Below, in pieces: positions 52,301 through 63,832 of a DNA stretch of 64,000 nt. Under the pieces are notes generated by a model. That model made no database searches and was not told the origin of the DNA. It saw nothing but the letters and a program-made list of their open reading frames with translations. Both the position numbers and the translations under genes were made by a program. The stretch comes from Dicyema japonicum (lineage: Eukaryota > Animalia > Dicyemida), in NCBI GenBank assembly GCA_011109175.1, contig RDEW01000027.1:734511-798510 (forward strand). The letters are read 5' to 3'. Every line of letters starts with the position of its first letter. The stretch's first letter is position 1.

Positions 52301-55300
52301 ACGCCCATCCACTGAGAAGTGACCGAGGAGTTTGTCAATGTTCATTTTGAAGTAAGAATTGCAACTTTCTCGGACAATTCCGAAAAAAAGTTCCCTGAAG
52401 TAAACAGTGAGGATCAACCTGTCCTTTTCGTCAATGAGTCTGTCATAGAAAACTCTATACACTTCATGTATCCACAATTTTATGAGTTTTTCTTGTGAAT
52501 TCAGTTTCGCAGGCGTCAAAAGAAACACACCAAACATTACACGAGAAAAGTCTCGTAAGTTGAAAACGTAATGACTTTTTGTGGGCGTTGGAAGAAAACT
52601 CTGAAAACAGAATTGATAGACTTCCATGGTTGCCAAAACAAGAGTCTTCCTTTAATCAATATTATGGTACCTGCCCTAATTTGACGTAAGTGGAATCAAA
52701 ATTGTTTTCAAAGTGAAAATTCGAGATTGTTGTAAAAATCTTCCGTAATGTATTTTTTGAAAATTCGTCGATGGAGATAACGTTCAAGTGACGCATCATT
52801 CTGGGAGTTATGTCGTTTCGTCCACCACCAGGCGGTCCCATGGCGGATACCAAGTTCTAAAATTCGGATTATAATTTATTACAATATCAGTTAGTTTGAG
52901 GACTGACGTGTCCTTTCTATCGTACCAATGATGATGGTCAATCCACTGTCTAACAAGTTCAATGGGAGATTGAGCTCCATATTTTTCTTTTGCAGGCATG
53001 TTTAGGTCGTCTATGAAAACAACACACTTTTTTCCCATTGGAGGACCATAGAGTCCCTTTCGTCGTCTTTAAGTAGTAAGAGACTGCAAGTTACCTCTCT
53101 AGCTTAGACATGATCAAGTCCTGCGTTTGATTGACTGATGTTCTAGCAGAGAAATTAATGATATTCTGTGTGTATCTACCAATAAATCGAAATGAGAACA
53201 AATCGTCAGAAAGGTGGCTAATGTAGTTGATCGTTATGGCTGATTTTCCAGTTCCCGTAGGACCGATGAACAACAACGGAATGTTATGTTTGAGGAATAC
53301 TTCAAGAAAAAACTTTTGCCTAACAGTTTCCGCAGTCATGATAATAACATCATTAATCTTAATATTATAAATTTAAATACTTTTTCGTTTGGTTGTAAGG
53401 ATTGATTCTTTGGTACAAGCAGTTCCCAATCCACCCAGTTTCCACTGGCGACTTTATCGAAGTAATAGTCATATATGGTCCCCCTTGTTGGAAAAGTGTT
53501 ATTCTATGAACTTTCCTTAAGAGGTCGTACCTTTGTAAGTTTGCTGCTTTTAGGTTTAGGGTTCTGATAATCGGTCCCAGATATTATTTGTCTGAAGTAA
53601 ACGTCAAATTTTGGTTTGCTCTCAGTATCAACAATACTCCCAAATACCCATACAAACGAAAACAAGAATATTCCTTGAATCCATAATGTAATCTGAGAGT
53701 GAATTCAAGCTAAACCTGCTGAACTGTCAAATTTTCGTCATCTGCGCTTATTTCGTCCATCATAGACAGTATTAATCGTTGTAAAGTGAAAACGAGGTGC
53801 ATTTCTGAGAAGTGAAAAATTAGCTTGCAGTTTTTCTTTATAAAATTCAGACAAGGATCCACAAGCCACTCAAACATATCATGAAGCATTTCTTTCATAT
53901 CAGAGGTGACTGACTTTGGAAAGGAATGGTCGATCCAGCTTTTCTAAGAATTTTTAACTTCTTAGTAACCATCAGCGGTCTCCACCCCAGCATGACTGGT
54001 TCAATGTAAATCATCCCACACCTTGACACTGTGGCTGGGGAAGCTTGTTCGAGGTCAGCAGGCTCAAAGATTAAATTCATCATGTTGTTCATTTGTATAA
54101 TTTCACCACTCATCAGACATAACTGGGATACCCATATATATCAAACCTTTTTATTGTCGTCCAATACTGTGTTCATGTTTTCTATCCAAACAGCATCTAC
54201 AGGACCGTCAAATATGATCCATTTCCTCTCTCTGGTAGTGGAAGAAGCATATTCTCTGAATTTGTTTGAAAGAACCCCTTTGGTGGTTATTATTCTCTAC
54301 CGTCTATCCATTCGTGAGAAACAAGATCAAATTGACCATAAAGTTGTCCCATTGTCAGAGCTTTCGGGTTTATAATTGAAAATATTGTTTTGAATTCATT
54401 CATACTTCCAGAAAGACTTAAGTCAGAGAGGGAAGAAGCCAGGATTTGATATGCCTGGGTTTTTCCGCCCATGGGGTCACCGATAATCATCAATCCGTGA
54501 CGAACGAGAATCATTTCGTAAATCTAAATTATTTTAATACAAAACCTGAAATATTTTTTTGATAAAGGAATCGGTTGGTTGGAGTTTTTTGAGTTCTATA
54601 TTTGCTAGAATTGCCTGCAAAAGGTCTGTATGAGACATAAAAGAAGGTTCAATTCCAGGAAACAAGTCCGACATGATCCCTTCGAATAAAGGAATGTCCT
54701 GAAATAATATAGTAAAATACCTGCTGCAGAAACTTTGGCATATTCACGTTATCAATAGCTCTGAAGACCAACATAGACTCGTCTTCGTTCGGATATTTTA
54801 TTTTTAAACTTCCAGCGGCAGTCAATACAGACTTAACCGCTCTCATTCCGTAATCATAATGATGTTGGGATGAAAGCTGCTCAGAACAAAGCTGATAGAC
54901 GGCCACTATTTTAATAGCCAATCTAAAACTGAATTTTCAAGTTTTACTCTCTGGCTTTAACAAAACCCATGGAATATAAACTGATTTCTGCGATCAACGC
55001 GTAATCGGGGACCATCATTGCCACCGTTCTGAACAAAACCTATGATATTAATGAGATAAGAGACTTTTAAGTTATCTGGGAGTTCTTGTCGTCCAGCATA
55101 ACCCGGATTCATTGTAATAAACATTGTGCACGTTTTGTCCAAGTGCAATTCAGTTCCTTCAAACAAAAACATACTCTTATTGGCCGCAATAGCCTGTTGA
55201 ATGCACAAAATCTGTTGAGCGACTACAGACAATACCTACAAATGTACTAAAAAATACTTCGATTTCTATTCGATTGAACTCGTCAAAACAAGCCCAAGCA

Positions 55301-58300
55301 CCGGACTGAGCGAGTCCCTTAAAGAACTTCCCCATAGCAGTGTAATCGAGACCATCCGAACAGTTAAACACAACACACTCTAATAAATACATCAAATACT
55401 TGCTTAGCCACTGCCTTTGCCAAATCTTTGCAGGTTTCAGTCTTACCAGTCCCTGCTGGCCCTTCTGGAGCCCCACCGAGATTCAATTTCAGAGCTCCCA
55501 TCAAGGTCCTCGAATTTTAGATTTAAGTTACCTGTAGCATCTGTCTGTCAAAGGAGTGATAACCAAACGAGCCGTGTTTCCGAGATATTCATAACCGTAG
55601 TTGAGTTCGGTTGTGATCTGACAAACCTGGACATTTTCATTATTCCAATAATATCGAAGCTGAGCCAGCCACTGAAAGTCAATAACCGAATTAATCTGAT
55701 TTTTTTACAAAATTCTCGATAATGTCACGTGCTAATGTAAATATTAGGTTTTAATGAGGGTACCATGTACGTCCAGGACAATTAGAGCTCCCAGAGTTAT
55801 CCTGCTGGTTCCACTGATGTCCCCACGAACTAAGTTTACAATTTCGTTAATCTGAGAATTGTTTAAATCAAAGAAATCCTAAAATCACACTCTAATTTGA
55901 ATAATAACCTGCATTTTGTCTTCTTTCATAGCTTCAACAACACCAAGGGCCCAATAAATTTGACTAACCGCCAAAATAACTTGCCCAGGCCAGTCCATCA
56001 CCCATTTTATTCTCGAAGTTGATAAATACGCTTTAAGTGAACAAATTATGGAATTTCTGACTCCCCGAATCATTTCGTCCTCAAAACTTGTAATAACCAT
56101 TTCTCTACCATTCCCTATATCATGAAAATTCCCTAACAAACTTTAGCTTTTGCAGGCTGAATTTTTTTGGTGAGGACAATCTTTTCACCTTCGCATGAAA
56201 GAATGGCAGAAATATCTTTTTCGTTAGTAAACTCCAATTTGTTTATGCCTTCGAAACATTTTTTCAAATGTGGCTCTACTCTGGTAGGATCTTTTGTCTC
56301 AGATAAGATTTCGAGCAATTCATCGTTTGATAAAAAGAAGAATCAACATAAATAAAATGCCAACCTAGGAAATGCAAGTCTCTTTTTTTCCAGATAAGAA
56401 TTGAGTCCATGATGTATTTCTTCTAGCAACGTATTTGACTCCTTGAATTTTTCAAGCATATTTTCTTGGGCTGTGACTGTGAGACAGTGAGGATCCTTTA
56501 CAGCTTCTCTCATTATTTGCCTCCAGTTTATGTCAACTGTAGAAAATTTTTGGCTTTCGTTGGGCATTTGTGCCATTATATCTTCAGAGCTGAAAATTGG
56601 TTCCAAATACAACCACGTGACTTGGCACTGGTAGATAAAATAGGTCTAATAAACCTTTGTCCACTCATCAAGAATGTCCTGCATTGATAGAAGCTTCATC
56701 TCCCAAGCTTTTGCCTCAGTTTCCATAGCTTTTATAAATGACGAGCCCATCATCGTCTGTGCTTTCATGATGTGGTCGTCCAGCAGTAACTGAACATCAT
56801 CAAAACCTCCCAGAATGCTTATTCCCTGCAATTATTACACTTCACTTAAACTGAATCTCGGTAAGGAATAAAATTGAATATCGCGTCCTTCCATTCTAGC
56901 TTCATATGCTCGAGAGCTTTTGCCAGGGAGTACTCCTTAGTGGCAATTCCAGAGATCTCTTCCAATCGTTCGATGTGTTTCAGCATGTTATTCTCCAACA
57001 TTTGTGCCAACGATGAACCTTCAGTTTGAACCAAATGTACTCCAACAATTTCGCTCATCTAAAGTGAGTAACCCTATACAACCTGATTCCAGTGATGTTG
57101 CTTAAGGCCAGGATTACATATAACATGAAGAAGGGATATCACAGTTTTAAACTTTTCTATTTTCGATTTAATGCTTTCCGTAACGCGAAGTGGTCCCTTC
57201 ATATCTAAAAATACTTTTAATAGCTTGTGAATCTCGCGCCACATATTATCGACCTCTTCTTCAATCTCTTCTGATTTCAGGTTATGAAACGACTCTAAAT
57301 GAGTAAATGTATGCCATACCATACATCCAAGAATTATATTTAGTGTTGAAATTCAAAACTGTGTTCCAAAGTTTTTCGAACGGTTCAATAGTTTTCACGG
57401 CATCGTAAAGGACATCGAAGGTTGTGGGCTCAAAATCAAGGTAGACCTCTTCTTGGTTTAATTCCTTCATTTCTTCAGTGGCATTATTCAGTCGTTCTTT
57501 AAGATTGACCAGTTTTTCCACGTTATTTTTTATTTCCTCAAAACTCATTATCTGTAAAATATAAAGAAATCAGAAAACCTCTTTTTTCCTAAATCTCGTT
57601 ATTTCATTTAATAATCCTCGAAGTTTTTCCTGGAAAGCCTTTACTTTTATCAAAACGTCTTCTTCGGCCTTCTTTCGTGCGGTATTCAATCTGGATGCTG
57701 AAATTTCAAACAAAATAGCGATTCTGTCAAGCCAGCTAAAAACAGTGTTGTTCAGTTTAATATCTTCTCCTAATATTTGTAAATGATAATTTAGTACTTT
57801 GCATCAGACTAAAATCCAATAGAAACTTTAGTCTTTCGGCCGCCTCGTTTATCATTTTTTTAATTTCAAACAAAAGTGCTCCTTGTGCCTTACATTGAGA
57901 CACATCACCACAACCTCAGAATGGAAATTAATTTGGTCGATGAGTTCATTCTTATTTTGTGGGTTTTGGGACAATCTATCGGCGATGTAGTCAAATTGAC
58001 GACAAATACTAATCTTAAGAAATTCAAGTTACCTTCTGTTATGCTCTCTGTTCTTTTCGAGCTGATACTCGACGATTATGTTACACAGGTTCGACCCCAA
58101 GTCATGCATTGAATTGTTTATCTTAGAGGCGTCGAGAAAAAACAAATTCAAAGGCGCAGTTCTTCTAGTTAGAGAAATTTTATCGATGAGATTTTTATAT
58201 TCTCCGTATTTCTATAAATGTTTAAGACTTTTTGAAATACCGCAGTGAATGCTTCAATTGTGTGCTTCTCTTCGACGAAAGACCTAGCCTCCTTTTCCAT

Positions 58301-60197
58301 GGAGCTGTCAATCAAAGGTCCAAATTCGTTGTATGTAATTAAATATCTTAAATTTCCCATAATTTCGTACTTTTTTAGTCCAGGAAGATTTCGTTCAAAG
58401 ATACTCATACATCCATCCACATAGTCCAAGACCTGTTCTTCTTTAATGTTGACCGGTTTTAGGCACATGCGATAGACATCGAGCTGGCCAAATATTTGAG
58501 TCTCCACCTACATTGGGTAATTCATTATTCTCACTCTTTTGATATTCTGGCTGCTGGCAATAATTTCGTTGAAGCAATTCAGGACGCATTCCTTGCACTT
58601 GTCGAGAGAAGGATCAAATTGGACTTGATTTTCTTCGAGGACCAAGTCAATTTTAATGAGAGAATGATTTATGTAGAAAGTCTCGTCAAAATCATCCAAA
58701 TAACTGTTACCATTCTAAAATCATTTAAACTCAAAGAACGTGGTAGATGTTGAAGACTTCCTTGAAGTCTGATAACGTTTCCATGACCATTTCCCTTAAC
58801 TGATGGGACATGAGCGCTTCAATACAGTTGAAGAACAGTTGTACTAAGGAAATTGATCTTTTGTTGCTGGTTTTAGAAATCAAAGGTTTCCACGTGCTCT
58901 TTAAATCCTTTATTATCTTTGCACATTCAGCCACCCATCTATCATGAAAACCAAGATTACTTATCGTTAAGAATATTTTTGACGTTCTGACAACTTTCCT
59001 TTAATATTTTGAGAAACTCCAGTGATGAGGGAGGAACCTCACGTTTAAGAATCTCAGAAATGTCCACAAATCTCATTTTCTTGTATCTATACTTTAATAT
59101 ACCGAAGAACTCTTTTTGCCACAAATTTGAAATCTCCAAAATTACTGGATGAGAAATAAACATGTCATTAAAAAAGGTCAATTTGTTGCTTTTAAAGACC
59201 TCACACCATGGAATTGGAGCCCGGATTGTCCTTTATTTAGTCACCAACATCTTACTTCAAATCGTATGGCTCAATGGTACCGCTTATGGAGAGTCTTGTA
59301 CATTCATCTATATCCATCAATATGTAGTCCACTAAATTTGTCTTCTAAAAATATGAACCTATAGATTTTTTAGGCCACAATAATATGACTGAACGACTTC
59401 TTCCCAGATTTGTTCAAATCTGAGGTTTATCAGATGCGGTGAGATTAGTTTAACAATCCTGTTCTTTGATGCAGGACTTAGTTCTTCCAGGATCTCAGTG
59501 TCTATTCCTTTGGTGATATAGTAGAGATATCTCTGACAGATAGTATATAGGAATACCTCAAGATTTTTGTCCTCGTTAATCTGAGTGACCTGATGAATCG
59601 GATGGATGTTACTAATCTGGACGTTTGGCGATTTTGGAGGACTGTGGAGGTAATTTGACTTCCTAAAAACTAATAAAAAGTTTATAAACTTTTTTTCATA
59701 ACAGTTTTTCTTAGAAATGTGTTTTATTCTCGCTAAGGTTTATATTTTCAGCTTACAGATTTTTGGAGGCCTGATTACTGCTCTTTTAAGGCGCTTTATC
59801 GTCAGGTTTGAAGCGGAGGAGGAAAAATTGTTTCCGATCGACTCGCTTGGAGGTTTGCAATATTTTTCCTCTTTTTGAGGCGCTCCTTTAGTCCAACAGG
59901 TATTTCTGAATATCGGTGGATGCTGAATGTTTTGTAGAACTGACTATTAAGGAATATTATGATATACCAACCAAATATAACTTTGTAAATTTTGTTTCTT
60001 TGTCAGGAAGTGGTGGAACGTCTGGAAGTTTTTTTATTAGCATTTTAACTTCGTCCAAATTAGGAACCTTAATTGTAAAATTGACCTGAGAGATACCTCA
60101 ACCGTATCTATGAAATCTTTTTCGATCCATGAGATATCATTTTTTATTTCTAAAAATATAGATTCCATAATTTACTTTCGTTTTTGTTAGATTCCAT
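46324..60197 (-). CDS. DNAH3: Axonemal inner-arm dynein heavy chain (DNAH3-like), about 70 micro-introns
   Basis: P-loops [26 protein letters not shown] and GVGGSGRKS; also [31 protein letters not shown] and [15 protein letters not shown]. The N-terminal [19 protein letters not shown] is DNAH3-like. ATG at 60197, TAA at 46324. Several 1-2-nt indels at homopolymers; paralog assignment (DNAH3 vs 7/12) is less certain than family. Confidence 0.9.
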
Positions 60198-60589
60198 ATC
60201 AATTGGTGCTAGGCAATTAAATTTTATATTTGGTTTATATCGAAATTTAATAATTTATCAAATATATTAACATTTTTCAATAAATAAAAAAATAATTGTT
60301 TCTTATATAAAAAGAAGAGTGTTCGGAAAGCTGACCCACGTGAATAATAAAAATTTTAACCGCCATTTAAAAATGTAAGACAATTATATGAATCTTAAAT
60401 TAAAAATTTTATTAACTCCCTATCGTATTTAGCACGCCATGCATATTTAACCTCCTTGATATCCAATCAGCTGTTGATCAGGATTGTTCTTCGACTCCCA
60501 ACTGAATTGTCAATATATGGAGAACCTTGACTTTAGGATGCCGGAGAAGAGAGATCTTTACAGGTTCATCTGAGAAAATAAATATGAGA

Positions 60590-60810
60590 AGTTTCTTAAG
60601 CGATTAAACCAACACCTGTATGGCTGTCCGGTCACTGGAAGATGCGAAAGGAGTGGCGCTTGGATCAACGTCCTCCCGATCGGAAGCATTGGGACCACCT
60701 TGATTACGATACTGTCTGCATCGTTATCTCCATCAGACTTGGTCTGGAGATATGCCAAACTCACAAGTGCCGATGTGGTGGAACGTCGACTGTCATGGAC
60801 GTCGTGAATT
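60590..60810 (+). mobile_element. CRE-like relic
   Basis: Reads SGAWINVLPIGSIG and ISIRLGLEICQTHKCRCG; compare 10520-10670. Confidence 0.7.
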
Positions 60811-62049
60811 TTTATCCCGAAGTGAAAATAAGGCAAATTAAGCTCTTGGAAATCTTAAAAATAGAAATGTTAAAATTGCTTCTACTCTTTTGTTGTATCC
60901 GGATACGTTCTTGTATGTACATACAGCTGTCATTAAACCATTCTTGATGGCTTTCAAGAATGGTATCAAATCAACGAAAGAAGCAAGTTCATTGAGCTTC
61001 TAGATCATGAAGATATGCCAATAAATTGGGATAAGGATTGAACCCAAAATACCATCCAAGCATGAGGACAGTGTAAAAATTATTGAACAGTTATTACACC
61101 ACTTGAACAGATAATTCTTTTTTCATGACAAAGGGTTTTTAAACGGAGAAAAGACACGTGGTATTTCGTATTAATTAACCTGACCAACCACACATCAAAC
61201 TCATCGATCAATTTCAGTCTCGGACCCAGGTCATGTTTCTAAGCAAGCGAGAAGATAAAGAATACCGAAGCATTTAGGAAGATCACTGGTTTGTCCTATT
61301 CGCTGTTGAGACGTCAGGAATCTTAGACCCACAAGAAGACGATCTAGTATGTTGGATCAGCTCAATGATCCAAATGGTCACCAAGGATCCACGTGAGATT
61401 GGATGGCTTCGAGAGTATCTCGATAGCTATTTTCTGAGGAAACAGCATGGTCATTCAAGCTCTCTAGTGCTTTTTTAACTTTAATTTTGTAATTAAAAAA
61501 ACTTTGAAATTTGTCTAGTTTGAATTAATTTGATGATTGCGGAGATGGGAAAATTCTTGATGGGATGACATTTTCTCAATTTTCACATCAAAGATCTCTC
61601 ATTTGAGACGTGCGTCAACTCATGCACCGCTTCACGCTTTGCATTTTCAGCTCATTTTGAATGCTTAAATGCAAACTCCCCAGAACAGGAAATTGAAAAA
61701 GTACTCAGCCCTCGGAGATCGCTTCAGTTCCATCTTAATTTTTTCGAAACTTCTGAAACGGTTGGAAAATTGGTAAATGAGTCATCAATGAAATTGGGAA
61801 TGCTATTGCAACGCGACTCAGAGACTCCCTCACAATAGAAGATTGTTCTTACAGAGCCTAGGAATCGTCATCGTCTGCGGCAATACTCATTTTTTCTTGG
61901 CAGTTGGAGTCTGATTTGTTTCTATTGCTTAATAAAGTGTATTTTCAAAAAATGATCTTTTAAGTCAAATTTTCCTTGTTAATTTTTAACAAAAAAAGTT
62001 GGCAGGTTGTGATCGAATCGAACTGCGTTGTTAGTGAAAAAAGTTAAAT

Positions 62050-62225
62050 ATTCTGGGACTGCACTGTTGTGGATTCTTTCTCGAACTCGATGATACTCAA
62101 CTCGGTGCAGTCTGCTGGATCGGCAGCCGATCTGGTCGAGAAAATCAAGATTAAAAAATATGGCGAATTTGGAGACCGCTTTCGTTTGTACCGGTGGCAA
62201 TCGAAACGTCTGGTGCTGCGGTTAC
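62050..62225 (+). mobile_element. CRE-like REL fragment
   Basis: Reads WDCTVVDSF..KIKIKKYGEFGDRFRFVPVAIETSGA; close to 11015-11175. Confidence 0.8.
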
Positions 62226-62389
62226 AACAAGGTTCCCATTAAAAGATCTCTTGATCAACAATTTTAAGCTTGTCTGAAACCTTTCCCGGTGTATAACTTC
62301 ACGACGGATATTTTGTTGAATTAAAGTGTGAAATATCCATCACAAAACAATGTAGACACATAGTGTAATAGAGATGAATTACCATTCGT

Positions 62390-62620
62390 TTTCCAGGTTA
62401 TCTATGATTGCCTGGAGTCAGTTTTGAGAGTCTTAGTAGGATTCCAAGGTTTTGGTTCTGCATCACCTGCAATTTTCCAACGTCGATAGCGAGAGCAGGA
62501 CAACTCATGCTGTACAAGCTTCGGTGATACAAAATGTGTATAAAAGTTCCAACAAAGTGATGGAAGATAAAAAGTCTTAACATTTCCATTTTCTTGACCG
62601 ATCTGTTCGTCTACCATACC
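62390..62620 (-). mobile_element. Jockey/I-like LINE fragment
   Basis: Reads GKLQVMQNQNLGILLRLSKLT; compare 22300-22390. Confidence 0.5.
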
Positions 62621-62913
62621 TGCATTTACTGTCTTCTACTTAATAGCCGCTGGTCTCCTACAAGTTAGTGAACCGGGGTTACTTAACTAACTTACATCAA
62701 TCTGGAAAATTCAACTTCTATCAAGGCAAATATATATGTTTTTTCAATCAATAACGACAGAAAAAAATTAATTTTTATATATTAGTTCAACCTATGGTGG
62801 AACAACATAAAATTTTAAACACAAAAAATTTATTTACATTCATTGATAATTTCACCATTAGCAGCTCTCACAATGTATCCTTTCATCCTTCTGAAGTATC
62901 CATCTAGATGGTA

Positions 62914-63832
62914 CAGTAAAACCTCTCAAATCCGCCACCTCTCGAATCCGCCGCATTTTTTGTAAAAATACAAAATTTCCTATGAGAAATTCTAGAATCC
63001 GTCAATTTATTCTTACAAAGGCGAGGGCTTTTGCAAAGAAACGCCAAATAGCTGACTTTAAAGCCAATCGTGGATGGCTCGAAAAATTTAAAAAAACGAA
63101 ATAGGTTGGAATTCCAAGTTATTCAATACATTTTTGTTTGAATAGAATTTCAGATTGGCTAACGTAAAGCGCAGAATACTACTCGTAATTGACCAATGTC
63201 TATCTCACAAGATTTTTAAAAATTTACAGCAAGTTGAAATAATGTTTTTACCGCCAAATACTTCATGTATTTTTTTACAATCGATGGACCAAGGAGTCAT
63301 TAAGACATTCAAGACGCTATTCAACAAATTCAAATTTCTTGAAATTATTGAAAAAACTGAACTCGGAAAATCATCATCCGAGGCATGTAAAGAAATAAGC
63401 CTTTAGGATGCTATAAGTTATACCTATCAAGCATGGGCAAAGCTAAATAGTACAACAAACTGTTTTCGACATCCTAAATAGACCCAAGATTTTATTGAAG
63501 AAATTAACGACGAGATTTTGGCTGAAACTTATCAAGAATTCGTGTCAAGACTGGAAATAAATGATCCAATTCCAGAAGATGAGTTTCTTCTCTATGAGTA
63601 TACAGAAATGAAGAGATTCTGGAAAATTTGGATGAATATGATGAAGAACAGAGAAACATCAAAACGAATATTAAAACGAGAATAACTGATTATTTAAAGG
63701 AAATTAATGTTTTCATTTTTAATTAGTCTTTAAAATTAAAAAATGAATTTTATTAATTTATTAAAAAAATTCAAATTTTCCTAATCCACCGTAATTTCCC
63801 AGGTCCCATGGCGGATTCGAGAAGTTTTACTG
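62914..63832 (+). mobile_element. Internally deleted Tigger/pogo DNA transposon with TIRs and TA TSD
   Basis: TIR CAGTAAAAC(C/T)TCTC(A/G)AATCCGCCA at both ends, flanked by TA (62912-13, 63833-34). Reads FKANRGWLEKFK, RRILLVIDQC and FLPPNTS..LQSMDQGVIKTFK. Confidence 0.9.
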
